This document shows, piece after piece, positions 9,053 through 18,132 of a DNA stretch of 64,000 bases. Positions within the stretch are counted from its first letter, which is position 1, and each line of letters opens with the position of its first letter. The stretch spans positions 44,140 to 108,139 of the forward strand of contig JBGQGB010000002.1 of assembly GCA_041497195.1 (NCBI GenBank), given 5' to 3'. The notes below the pieces were generated by a model. It saw only the letters and a program-made list of their open reading frames with translations. It had not been told where the DNA came from and did not search any database. Both the position numbers and the translations under genes were made by a program. This DNA comes from Candidatus Doudnabacteria bacterium. Lineage in GTDB: Bacteria; Patescibacteriota; Doudnabacteria; UBA920; 2-01-FULL-46-14.

Positions 9053-9475
9053 ATGGATCAGACCACACAGGGCCAAGAACTGCCCCAGATTTCTGCGCAA
9101 GAACTTGCGCGCAGACACGAATCCATCCGTTTTGTCGGAAAGTATCTGGTCAAGGCCGGCAGGAACACGTCTGGGACGCTTCGGTATTTGGAAACGCGCC
9201 CGCCTGAAGACGGTTTCTGGGACATCAGATCCACAGAGCCTGCCAACGATCTGGAACCTCTGGCAACAATTACTACCCGGCATCCGGTGCGATGGAAGAC
9301 TGGAATGTTCGATCCCACGATCGGAGAATATCTCTCCCAGATTCCAGAGGAACTGGTGGAGCAAGTGGCAGCCGTGGGATACGGCAGCGACAATCTGCTC
9401 AAAGACGGCGACTTTCACATGATCAGCACGCATTTGTATAAATACAAAACAACTCCGCCGCCGAGAGCGGCATAA
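9053..9475 (+). CDS. Hypothetical protein
   Basis: AAGGAGG SD before ATG 9053, open frame. Confidence 0.7.
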   Translation: MDQTTQGQELPQISAQELARRHESIRFVGKYLVKAGRNTSGTLRYLETRPPEDGFWDIRSTEPANDLEPLATITTRHPVRWKTGMFDPTIGEYLSQIPEELVEQVAAVGYGSDNLLKDGDFHMISTHLYKYKTTPPPRAA

Positions 9476-9577
9476 ATTGTGTCAGAAGTACGCAACGGCT
9501 CTGCCCGGGTTTTTCCCCAGGCAGAGCCGATTTTTTTGAAATATGGTATAATCAATCAAGCGAATTCCGATAAATTG

Positions 9578-10837
9578 ATGAAACCAAAAGTAAAAATAAA
9601 GACTTCCAAAACTCTCAAATTTCCCGCCGGCTTTCTCTGGGGAGCCGCCACTTCGTCCTACCAGGTGGAGGGCGGCATCAGCAACAACGACTGGGCCACG
9701 ACCAGGCGCGAGCCGCCAGCCGGGCTCGCGTGCGACCACTATCACCGCTATGAGGAGGATTTTCGGATAGCCAAAAAGCTTCATCACAACGCGCACCGCC
9801 TGTCCCTGGAGTGGAGCCGGATCGAGCCTGAGCGCGACGTCTGGGATGAAAACGAAATCCATCATTATTTCCACGTCCTGGAAAATTTGAAGCACCATGG
9901 CTTCACCACTTTCGTGACACTCCAGCATCTGACTCTGCCCGCGTGGTTTTCTGAGTCCGGCGGGATGGCGAACCAGAAAAATATCCAGGACTATGGGCAG
10001 TATGTCGCCAAAATCTGCCAAACCCTGGGCCAGTCCATTGATTTTTGGGTGACCATCAACGAACCGTCGATGCACGCCCTCATGGGCTATGGTCAAGGGA
10101 TGTGGCCGCCATTTCGGAAGAGCCGGGTCTCGCAACTGACGGTCTATCGCAATCTCCTCAATGCCCACAACGCCGCCTATGACATTATCCATGCTTATTA
10201 CCCGCACGCCCAGGTCGGGTTTGCCAACGGCATCGCCTACAGTGAGCCGGCGGGCCCGCGAAGTTTTATGGACAACCTAGTCAGCAATGTCGCGAATTGG
10301 GCCAGCATTGGTTATCCCTACACTCGGACCAAAAACGATTTCTTGGGAGTGAATTATTATTTCCACAACGTTTATCAGTTTCGGCATCTCTGGGTCAGAA
10401 AAATCGCCAAACCAGCGCGGGAGCGGCAGACAGACAAAGGCTGGGAAATATATCCGAATGGGCTGTATGAAGTTTTGCAAAAACTCGCCAAGTACAACAA
10501 ACCGATCTATGTCACCGAAAACGGCATTGCTGATGGGAGAGATCAGTACAGAGCGGAGTTTATACTGTCGCATCTGCGGGAACTGCGCCGGGCGATCGCA
10601 AACGGCGTGCCGGTATGGGGATACTTTTATTGGTCGCTTCTCGACAACTACGAGTGGCCGGTGCGCCGGGAGATCGAGAAAACAGGCTACGAGATGAAGT
10701 TTGGCCTGGTGGCAGTGGATTTTGAGCATGGACTGAGGCGGACGGTACGGCCGAGTGCCAAAATGTACGCGCAGATTTGCAAAACGAATGCTATCCCTGC
10801 GACTGTTTCGGGCGGTCGCCGAAAGGAGAGAGGATAA
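9578..10837 (+). CDS. Glycoside hydrolase family 1 (beta-glucosidase-like)
   Basis: FLWGAATSSYQVEG, TINEP (acid/base), VTENG (nucleophile), WSLLDNYEW. Confidence 0.95.
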   Translation: MKPKVKIKTSKTLKFPAGFLWGAATSSYQVEGGISNNDWATTRREPPAGLACDHYHRYEEDFRIAKKLHHNAHRLSLEWSRIEPERDVWDENEIHHYFHVLENLKHHGFTTFVTLQHLTLPAWFSESGGMANQKNIQDYGQYVAKICQTLGQSIDFWVTINEPSMHALMGYGQGMWPPFRKSRVSQLTVYRNLLNAHNAAYDIIHAYYPHAQVGFANGIAYSEPAGPRSFMDNLVSNVANWASIGYPYTRTKNDFLGVNYYFHNVYQFRHLWVRKIAKPARERQTDKGWEIYPNGLYEVLQKLAKYNKPIYVTENGIADGRDQYRAEFILSHLRELRRAIANGVPVWGYFYWSLLDNYEWPVRREIEKTGYEMKFGLVAVDFEHGLRRTVRPSAKMYAQICKTNAIPATVSGGRRKERG

Positions 10838-10839
10838 GT

Positions 10840-11142
10840 ATGCCCAGTAATACAACTTCCAGTTTGTTCTTTTATGTGTATGTTTTGGAAAGTCAAAAAG
10901 ATGGCAATAGGTATATCGGCTACACGTCCAATTTGAAACGGAGACTAAAAGAACATTCTGATGGCAGTTCCTTTGCGACTAAATACAGAAGGCCGTTCAA
11001 ACTAATATATTTTGAGGGATGCTTGGACGAACAAGATGCCAAGCGTAGAGAGAGATATTTAAAAACCACTCAAGGAAGAAGGTTTTTGGGTTTAAGATTA
11101 ATTGAGTACAAGCGGCAGGGAACGCTTGGCTCTGGAAGTTGA
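10840..11142 (+). CDS. GIY-YIG nuclease (second copy; start may be TTG 10864)
   Basis: YVYVLES.KDGNRYIGYTSNLKRRLKEH, A.RRERYLK. Confidence 0.9.
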   Translation: MPSNTTSSLFFYVYVLESQKDGNRYIGYTSNLKRRLKEHSDGSSFATKYRRPFKLIYFEGCLDEQDAKRRERYLKTTQGRRFLGLRLIEYKRQGTLGSGS

Positions 11143-11152
11143 TATACCAAGG

Positions 11153-12043
11153 ATGCTGTTTGTTTGGATTGCCATCGGCGCCTATTTCCTGTTCGCGGTC
11201 AACGGCGTCATCGACAAATTTTTACTAAGCAAAGTCGTCCGGCACCCGGTCGCCTATGCTTTTTATATTGGCATCACCGGCCCGTTGACTTGGGTGCTCG
11301 CCCCGTTTGGACTCAAATTTTTATCAATACCTGACCTGGCCATCGCCATCGCGGGGGGGGCGGCATTCGTCGGCGGGCTGACTTTTCTCTACATCGCCAC
11401 GCTGAAGACGACCATCTCGCGCCTGCTGCCGATCGAGGGGGGATTGGTCCCGTTTTTCACCCTGATTCTGGCTTATTTCATTCTCGGCGAGCGACTCTCG
11501 ACCATACAGGGATTTGCTTTTGCTTTTTTGGTGGCGGGCGCAGTGCTCATCTCTATCAAGAAAGACAAACAAGGATACCATCCCGCCGCGCTTCTCAACG
11601 CCGTTTTTGCCGCTTTCCTTTTTGCCCTGTCGTTTACGCTCACCAAATATATATTTGATAGAACGAATTTCGTCTCTGGTCTCATCTGGACCCGGCTCGG
11701 CTTCCTGGCCGTGTCCCTGGCATTCCTCATTCCGCGGCGCTCCCGGCGGTATATTTTCGAAGCGCCCAAAGAGGCCTCGCCGGCCAATAAACTTTTGTAC
11801 TACGGTGCCAGACTCTCCGGCGGCTTGGCCGGACTGATGCAAAACTATGCCATCTCCATCGGCAGCGTGATTTTGGTCAACGCCCTCCAGGGAAGTCAGT
11901 ACGCGATACTGCTGGTGATGACCACCATCCTCTCTAAATATCACCCGAAAATTCTCAAAGAAAAAATCAGCGCCAGTATTTTGACGCAAAAAATCGCGGC
12001 CATCGTCCTCATTACCGGGGGATTAGTATTACTCACCCTCTAA
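11153..12043 (+). CDS. EamA/DMT family transporter
   Basis: About 10 TM helices, ILAYFILGERL motif. Confidence 0.85.
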   Translation: MLFVWIAIGAYFLFAVNGVIDKFLLSKVVRHPVAYAFYIGITGPLTWVLAPFGLKFLSIPDLAIAIAGGAAFVGGLTFLYIATLKTTISRLLPIEGGLVPFFTLILAYFILGERLSTIQGFAFAFLVAGAVLISIKKDKQGYHPAALLNAVFAAFLFALSFTLTKYIFDRTNFVSGLIWTRLGFLAVSLAFLIPRRSRRYIFEAPKEASPANKLLYYGARLSGGLAGLMQNYAISIGSVILVNALQGSQYAILLVMTTILSKYHPKILKEKISASILTQKIAAIVLITGGLVLLTL

Positions 12044-12044
12044 C

Positions 12045-13076
12045 ATGCCCAGCAAGCACGCGGCCAAACACAGCTGGCTCAAGACGGCGGCCAAAATCTT
12101 TTTGGCCATCGTCTTGGTGCTGGCAGGACTCGCCCTGTTTTTTTATTACCGTTTTCAGCCGACGCCCCAGCCGGGCTGGGGCCTGAATTTTTCGCCGGAG
12201 CAGGCAGAGTATTTAGGTTTCGCTCCAGAACCGCTTTTTCGTCAGATGCTCGACGATTTCCGACCGCCCAGCCTCCGTCTGACCGCGTATTGGGAGACAC
12301 TGGAGCCGACGCCGGGCAAATTTGATTTCTCGAGTATTGACGCGATGCTGCGAGAAACAGACAAGCGGGGGACCAAAGTGATCCTGGTTTTGGGCCACAA
12401 ACAGCCGCGCTGGCCGGAATGCCATCACCCGACCTGGTACGAGAAGCTGTCGCCCGCCGCGCAGTCCGGAGCCGTGCTCACCATGCTCAGGAGCGCAGTC
12501 GAACATTTCAAACAATTTTCTTCCATCCAGGCGTGGCAGATTGAAAACGAGCCGTTTTTTCCTTATGGCCCGAACTGTCCGGCTGTTCCCGCGGGTTTGT
12601 TTGTCCAGGAGCTGGCCTTGGTCAAGAGTCTGGACCTGCGGCCTCTGGTTGCCACTGACAGCGGGGAAAAAGGAGCGTGGCTGCCGACGGTGTGGGCGGG
12701 CGCGGATATTTTTGGGTCCACGATGTATCGGACTGTTTATCAGAATAAACAGGGAAAATATCTCACTTATCCGATTCCGCCAGCGCTCTACCGAATCCGC
12801 GCTGGTATCCTCGAGACGTTTTCCGGGGTGAGAGAGGTGTTCAATGTCGAGCTACAGGCCGAGCCGTGGTTTGCGACCAGCCCTTTTGACACTCCCTGGG
12901 AGAAACAGGCGGCGCTGATGAATCCGGGGCTTTTTGCCGAGTATGTCGACTACGCGCGGCAGGTTGGATTTGCAGAAAATTATTTTTGGGGCGTAGAATG
13001 GTGGTACTGGGCTTTTGTCCAGGGGCATCCGGAAATGTGGCAGACAGCAAAGGACTTCTTTCAAAAAAATTCTTGA
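12045..13076 (+). CDS. Membrane-anchored clan GH-A glycoside hydrolase (GH5/GH42-like)
   Basis: N-terminal TM, WETLEPTPGKFDF, QIENEP, ELQAEPW. Confidence 0.8.
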   Translation: MPSKHAAKHSWLKTAAKIFLAIVLVLAGLALFFYYRFQPTPQPGWGLNFSPEQAEYLGFAPEPLFRQMLDDFRPPSLRLTAYWETLEPTPGKFDFSSIDAMLRETDKRGTKVILVLGHKQPRWPECHHPTWYEKLSPAAQSGAVLTMLRSAVEHFKQFSSIQAWQIENEPFFPYGPNCPAVPAGLFVQELALVKSLDLRPLVATDSGEKGAWLPTVWAGADIFGSTMYRTVYQNKQGKYLTYPIPPALYRIRAGILETFSGVREVFNVELQAEPWFATSPFDTPWEKQAALMNPGLFAEYVDYARQVGFAENYFWGVEWWYWAFVQGHPEMWQTAKDFFQKNS

Positions 13077-13192
13077 AACCAAATGACTAATTCCCCCAAG
13101 TCTTACATCGGACTCGACCCGGCCTTCACCGCCCTTTGCGGTTATGGCGGGCGGGAGTCGGATTGCCGGCAGTATTTCTGTCTAATAACGAC

Positions 13193-14053
13193 ATGATCAA
13201 ACGCAAAGCTCAATACATTGGAATAGACATCGGCGGGTCAAAAATTGACAGTATTCTGTGGGAGAACGGACGTACTACCCGCAACCTCAAAAGCCGCACG
13301 CCCAAGTCGCGCCGGAAATTTTTGGCGTGCGTCTTGGATTTGGTCAAAGAACTCTCTATCGGAAAAAACGTCGCCGGCGTCGGAGTCTCGGTGGCCGGCG
13401 CGATCAATTTGAAACAAGGAAAAATTCTTCGGAGCCCCAACCTGCGATTTTTGAAAAATTTCGGGATGCGAAGCTGGCTTCACAGCCGGACTAAAAAGCC
13501 GGTTCGCGTGGATAATGACGCCAAAGCTTTTTTGCGCGCGGAAATGGTTTTTGGCGCGGCGCGTGGGAAAGCAAGGGTAGTGGCACTCACTCTCGGCACT
13601 GGCGTCGGAGGAGCGGTCGCAATCAATGGCCAAATTTTGCGAGGGGTGCACAATTCGGCTTTTGAACTGGGTCATATCATCATTGCTCAAAAAGGCGACA
13701 AAGCTTTGACCCTGGAGGATTTAGTGAGCAGTCGTGGGTTTTTTCGGCTCGGCGTGCGCCAGCCGTTGGACGCCCAGAATAAAGGCTTCGCCGGGGAGCG
13801 CCACAGTATCCGCGTATACGAAGAGATAGGAAAATATTTAGGCAGAGGGCTGGCCAGCCTGGTGAATATATTTGATCCGGATCTAATTGTTTTGGGCGGC
13901 GGGATTTCCAGAGCAGACTACCTTTTGCGGAGGCCTGCCTTAAAAGAGATGCGTAAATATGTTTTGTCGTCTCTAAAAGCTTTGCCGCATGTAGAAATTT
14001 CTAAATTGAAACACGCGGCTGCTCTGGGTGCTGTGAGTTTGTTCCTGTCTTGA
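13193..14053 (+). CDS. ROK family sugar kinase
   Basis: YIGIDIGGSKI, VDNDA, TLGTGVGGA, ELGH, IVLGGG. Confidence 0.92.
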   Translation: MIKRKAQYIGIDIGGSKIDSILWENGRTTRNLKSRTPKSRRKFLACVLDLVKELSIGKNVAGVGVSVAGAINLKQGKILRSPNLRFLKNFGMRSWLHSRTKKPVRVDNDAKAFLRAEMVFGAARGKARVVALTLGTGVGGAVAINGQILRGVHNSAFELGHIIIAQKGDKALTLEDLVSSRGFFRLGVRQPLDAQNKGFAGERHSIRVYEEIGKYLGRGLASLVNIFDPDLIVLGGGISRADYLLRRPALKEMRKYVLSSLKALPHVEISKLKHAAALGAVSLFLS

Positions 14054-14080
14054 AAGCTTGAGGCTGGTAATGTTGCGGAT

Positions 14081-14119
14081 AAACAAAAACGCCCGTCTAA
14101 GGGGCGCTTTTTGTTTTTT
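14081..14119. terminator. Bidirectional intrinsic terminator
   Basis: AAACAAAAACGCCC..GGGCGCTTTTTGTTT between convergent genes. Confidence 0.7.
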
Positions 14120-14210
14120 GATCTTTTCAGATCTCTGCTGCATTTATTATGACGGGTGAGGTCGTGTTTTGTTACACTCCTGCGTCCCGACTTGTCGGGA
14201 CTTTGGAGTG

Positions 14211-14822
14211 CTACGCATTGTTTAACATATCATCTTTTGCCTTTGCTCTAGGGAGATTTTCCGTATTTGCAGGACTGGCGGAGCCGTCCGTGTTCGTTAC
14301 AAAACCTTCCGGCGGTTTGACCGAGGCAGTGAGCTCAGTAAAATCGGGCAAATCTTTCATATCTTTGAGTCCCAGGTGTTGCATGAACTCGTGCGTGGTG
14401 CGATAGAGATTGACCCGGAAATCCTGGTGGCTCTGCTGCCGCTCCACCAGCCCGCGCATCAGGAGGAGGCGCAAGGTGTATTGGGAGTTGACTCCGCGAA
14501 TCGCTTCGATTTCCGCGCGGCTGACCGGCTGTTTGTAAGTGACAATGGCGAGAGTTTCCAGGGCCGCGTCAGTGAGCTTTTCCCGCAGTTCCATGCTCAA
14601 GAATTCTTTGACCGCAGGCGAATTTTCCGGCGTTGTGGACATCAGGTAGCTGTCCCCCTGTTTCAGAATGACTACCCCTGAGTCTTTATGGGAAGCTATG
14701 AGGGCGGCAATTGCCGCGTCGATGTCCTCGGCAGTTTTTCCCGTCGTTTTTTCCAGCTCCTTGCGCGAGACTGGCCGCCCAGCCACAAATAGGATTGATT
14801 CGATTGTTGATTTGAGATCCAC
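14211..14822 (-). CDS. scpB: SMC-Scp complex subunit ScpB
   Basis: IESILF, ALETLAIVTYKQPVSRAEIEAIRGVNS, YRTTHEF. Confidence 0.95.
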   Translation of the reverse strand: MDLKSTIESILFVAGRPVSRKELEKTTGKTAEDIDAAIAALIASHKDSGVVILKQGDSYLMSTTPENSPAVKEFLSMELREKLTDAALETLAIVTYKQPVSRAEIEAIRGVNSQYTLRLLLMRGLVERQQSHQDFRVNLYRTTHEFMQHLGLKDMKDLPDFTELTASVKPPEGFVTNTDGSASPANTENLPRAKAKDDMLNNA

Positions 14823-14827
14823 GAGAT

Positions 14828-15043
14828 TTAAATAATTATTCCTATTATAATCAAAATCGCGCCGATGATAAATAAACTCATATTCGGCCCGGCAAAACGG
14901 ATGAGCTCTGCTTTTTCCGGCTTCACCCGCTGCGGGGTGACGAGGCCTTCATTGATGAGTCTCTGCACAATCGGCTCCCGCAGCCGGGGGTTCGCACTGA
15001 CGCAGACGAGCAAGCCGAAGATGATGAGGATGGTTCGGGGCAT
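14828..15043 (-). CDS. Small hypothetical membrane protein
   Basis: Two hydrophobic segments, fits exactly between scpA and scpB. Confidence 0.55.
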   Translation of the reverse strand: MPRTILIIFGLLVCVSANPRLREPIVQRLINEGLVTPQRVKPEKAELIRFAGPNMSLFIIGAILIIIGIII

Positions 15044-15048
15044 TTGCG

Positions 15049-15744
15049 CTAACGTTTTTTAATAATGATGTCCGCAAAGGTTGCCTCCTGTTCGACAGTG
15101 AGGATTTTTTGCTTGACCAGTTCCAGGAGCGCCAGAAATGTTACGATGATTTCAGTTTTGGATTTGGCCATTGCTAGCAGTTCCTCCAGCTTGAGCTCGA
15201 TTTTTTCGTGAATGAGTTTCTGCAAGTGCTCGATTTTTTCCGTGATCGTCACTACTTCTTCGAGCATTTTTTTGGGCAGGCGGGTGATTTCCTCGAGGGT
15301 TTTGGCCAGATGGCGCATCGTGTCCCTGAGTGCAGCAGTGGTGGCGCCCGGGTCAGGGTAAAAGCTGATTTTTTCCACAAAGGCGGTATGCCGGCCCCAG
15401 CTTTGCCGCCGGCGTCCGTCCAGCTTGCCCAAGGAGCGGGCGGCTTCTTTGTAGATTTTATACTGGTAGAGTTGCCAGGCCAGATTGGTCGCATCTTGTT
15501 CTTCTTCCTGGCCGAGACTCAAGGCCGGCAGGAGGGCTTTGGATTTGATGACTAGGAGTTTGGCTGCTACTACCAGCCAATCGGCTAGTTCCTGTGGTTT
15601 GAGGTGCGCTTGGCCGCGCATATGCGCGAGAAACTGTTCAGTCACCGTGGCCAGGGAGATTTGCGTGATTTCCAGTTTTTGTTCCTCAATGAGAGAGAGC
15701 AGCAGATCAAGCGGGCCCTCAAACTGCTGAATTTTGATTTGCAT
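15049..15744 (-). CDS. scpA: Segregation/condensation protein ScpA
   Basis: FEGPLDLLL, IKSKALLP, VTFLALLELVK. Confidence 0.95.
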   Translation of the reverse strand: MQIKIQQFEGPLDLLLSLIEEQKLEITQISLATVTEQFLAHMRGQAHLKPQELADWLVVAAKLLVIKSKALLPALSLGQEEEQDATNLAWQLYQYKIYKEAARSLGKLDGRRRQSWGRHTAFVEKISFYPDPGATTAALRDTMRHLAKTLEEITRLPKKMLEEVVTITEKIEHLQKLIHEKIELKLEELLAMAKSKTEIIVTFLALLELVKQKILTVEQEATFADIIIKKR

Positions 15745-15756
15745 TGCCGGGACGGA

Positions 15757-16221
15757 TTATTTTTTGGTTTTGGAAAAGATACCCTTGATCGGAGTGGTAA
15801 GTTTTTCAAAATCCTTGAGTGCCACCTCGATTGATTCTGTGTAGGACCCGGCGGAAGCGATCAGCTTTTTGGATTTGGCCACGGCCTTGTCCAGCAGCGT
15901 CGGGATTTTATAAAGATTGCCGAAAGGGTGCAGCAGGCCGATTTTGGTTTTGAGGTAGCGGGCCATATCCGCTTCCTTGGCCATCATCACTTTTTTGGCC
16001 TTGAGCGTTTTGCCGACTGCTTTGAAATCCACGTATTTACTGGCTGGAACTACCACGATGGCCCAGCCTTGGTCGACCTTGAGGAGTACGGTCTTGGCCA
16101 ATTCCTGAAGTTTTTTCTTTTGCGTCTGTGCTTCGTCGTGGGCGGTGTAGACGACCTTGTGCGTCAAAGTCTTGAACTTGGTCTTGCTTTGTTTCAGAAA
16201 TTTTTCGAGAGTTTTGTCCAT
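15757..16221 (-). CDS. YbaK/EbsC family aminoacyl-tRNA deacylase
   Basis: H..VYTA, LAKTVLLK, G..HPFG, SAGSYTESI. Confidence 0.85.
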   Translation of the reverse strand: MDKTLEKFLKQSKTKFKTLTHKVVYTAHDEAQTQKKKLQELAKTVLLKVDQGWAIVVVPASKYVDFKAVGKTLKAKKVMMAKEADMARYLKTKIGLLHPFGNLYKIPTLLDKAVAKSKKLIASAGSYTESIEVALKDFEKLTTPIKGIFSKTKK

Positions 16222-16241
16222 GGGGGTTTTGTTAATTATGA

Positions 16242-16559
16242 TTATTTTCGTCTGAGCAGTCTGCTGAATACTGTCTGTAGGATGATGCCCAAGACAGTCA
16301 TCGGGATTAGGATGGCGAAGATGAGCTGGACCGCGTCTGCCGCGAACAGCTGGATGATGAATTTCCACCAAGGCAGGCATTGATAGTAGGCGACGTATTT
16401 GAAGCAAAATATTTCAAAGGTTATGGCCGCGTAAATCGCCAGCCCGATGAGAAGTAGTATGGCCAGGCCGCCGCCGACCAGGGCGCCGCGCTGCCAGTGC
16501 GGCATTGATAGCCACCAGGTTTTGAATTGGTTCTTGTTAGACTTTGTTTTTGGGGACAT
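16242..16559 (-). CDS. Hypothetical membrane protein
   Basis: Two TM helices, overlaps the aspS 3' end. Confidence 0.6.
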   Translation of the reverse strand: MSPKTKSNKNQFKTWWLSMPHWQRGALVGGGLAILLLIGLAIYAAITFEIFCFKYVAYYQCLPWWKFIIQLFAADAVQLIFAILIPMTVLGIILQTVFSRLLRRK

Positions 16560-17937
16560 CGATTTTGATATGTAGTTCTTTTAATTGTTTAGGGTCGACT
16601 TCAGAGGGAGCCGCCATGACCGAGGTGGTGCCGGAAGAGGTGACGGGAAAAGACATGACTTCGCGGATATTTTCTTCATGGGCAAAAATCATGGTGAGCC
16701 TGTCGACGCCGACCGCAATGCCGGCGTGCGGAGGTGCGGCATATTCATAAGCGTTCAGTAGATGGCCGAATCGTTCTTCGGTTTGCTCCGGGGTCAGTCC
16801 CATGATTTTGAAGATTTGGCGCTGCAGTTTCGGATCGGAGATGCGGACCCCGCCGCTTCCGAGCTCGAACCCATTACAGACCAGATCGTATTGCTGCGCG
16901 TGGAGGGAGCCGAGGTCTTTTTCTTGGTAAACTTTTTCCACATCCTCCGGCCTGGGGGCAGAAAAAGGATTGTGGGCGAAAGTGAAATGCTTTGTTTCCT
17001 CCTCCCACTCAAAAAGCGGCATGTCTGTGACCCAAGCAAAGGCCAGTGTGTCGGGGTCGGATTTATCGGAGCGTAGGTCAAATTTGTCGGCGCCGAATTC
17101 TTTCATGGCTTCCTTGTAAGTGTAGCGCGGAAAAGGTTTTTTCCAAACTTTTTTGCCGGTGTTTTCTGTGAGGTGGATCATCAGTCCCTCAATGAGCTCG
17201 AGTACTCCCTCTTCCCCGGTGTAAGATATTTCCACATCGATTTGCGTGTGTTCCAGCTGGCGGTCGCCGCGCAGGTCCTCGTCCCGCAGCGCCTTGGCGA
17301 TCTGGTAATAGCGCTCGAGGCCGGCGATCATCAGAAGCTGCTTGTACTGCTGCGGAGCTTGGGGTAGGGCGTAAAATTTTCCGGGCTGCAGTCGCGAGGG
17401 CACCAGAAAATCGCGCGCGCCTTCGGGTGAAGTTTTGGTGAGGAGTGGGGTTTCGACTTCGGTAAAATTTCGGTCGTTCAGATAGCCGCGCGTCAACGTT
17501 ACCAGTTTGTGTCGCAGTTTGAGATTGGCAGTCATTCGCGGGCTGCGCAGATCTAAGTATCGGTATTTCAGCCTGGTTTCTTCATTGACTTTTTTGGTGT
17601 CCGCCAGTTCAAATGGCAGGGGTTTGGCCACGCTCAAGATTTTCAGTTCCTGAGCCTCCACCTCGACCGTGCCGGTGGCGAGATTTGGATTGACCAGCTT
17701 GTCTGGGCGCTTGTTCACTGGGCCTGAGATTTCCACAACGAATTCATTCCGGATTTTTCGCGCCTGTTCATGCGCTTGGGGCGCGACTTTGGGATTGACC
17801 ACGACTTGGACCAGGCCGGTGACGTCGCGGATATCGAGAAAAATCAATTTGCCGTGGTCGCGGCGCACATCCACAAACCCGGCTATGGTGATTTTGTTGC
17901 CAATCTGTCCGACAGTATCTTTGATATAAGTTCGCAT
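16537..17937 (-). CDS. aspS: Aspartate--tRNA ligase, short form lacking most of the GAD insertion
   Basis: RRDHGKLIFLD, RLKYRYLDLR, PEGARDFLVPSR, YALPQAPQ, YDLVCNGFELGSG, PPHAGIAVGVDR. Confidence 0.96.
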   Translation of the reverse strand: MRTYIKDTVGQIGNKITIAGFVDVRRDHGKLIFLDIRDVTGLVQVVVNPKVAPQAHEQARKIRNEFVVEISGPVNKRPDKLVNPNLATGTVEVEAQELKILSVAKPLPFELADTKKVNEETRLKYRYLDLRSPRMTANLKLRHKLVTLTRGYLNDRNFTEVETPLLTKTSPEGARDFLVPSRLQPGKFYALPQAPQQYKQLLMIAGLERYYQIAKALRDEDLRGDRQLEHTQIDVEISYTGEEGVLELIEGLMIHLTENTGKKVWKKPFPRYTYKEAMKEFGADKFDLRSDKSDPDTLAFAWVTDMPLFEWEEETKHFTFAHNPFSAPRPEDVEKVYQEKDLGSLHAQQYDLVCNGFELGSGGVRISDPKLQRQIFKIMGLTPEQTEERFGHLLNAYEYAAPPHAGIAVGVDRLTMIFAHEENIREVMSFPVTSSGTTSVMAAPSEVDPKQLKELHIKIDVPKNKV

Positions 17938-18132
17938 CGTATGTTTTTTAGTAAGTTGTGCCCCGTGTCACCTTTAGACCTCCTCGCGGCGAAGTAATTG
18001 CGGTTCCATCCACCTTATGAGAATAAACTAAGGAATCGGCTGCCGATGGTACTGGATAAATATGCCGTAACTATAGCAAAAACCCGCGGTTTTGAAAAAC
18101 CTTTATCTGTTATATACTAGGCTTATATATTT

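Noticed and set aside
9482-11989. Long antisense ORFs (9482-10207, 10277-10855, 11324-11989) and similar shadows elsewhere (e.g. 26260-26946, 34784-35455, 51545-52255)
   Set aside because: They lie opposite well-supported genes and have no motifs; expected shadows in moderately GC-rich coding DNA
16537-17937. Short AspRS as a pseudogene or novelty
   Set aside because: All class II motifs are intact in one frame; loss of the insertion domain is an ordinary short form
17990-18020. Canonical T-box riboswitch for aspS
   Set aside because: Partial motif only; wrong discriminator pairing; no specifier stem or terminator
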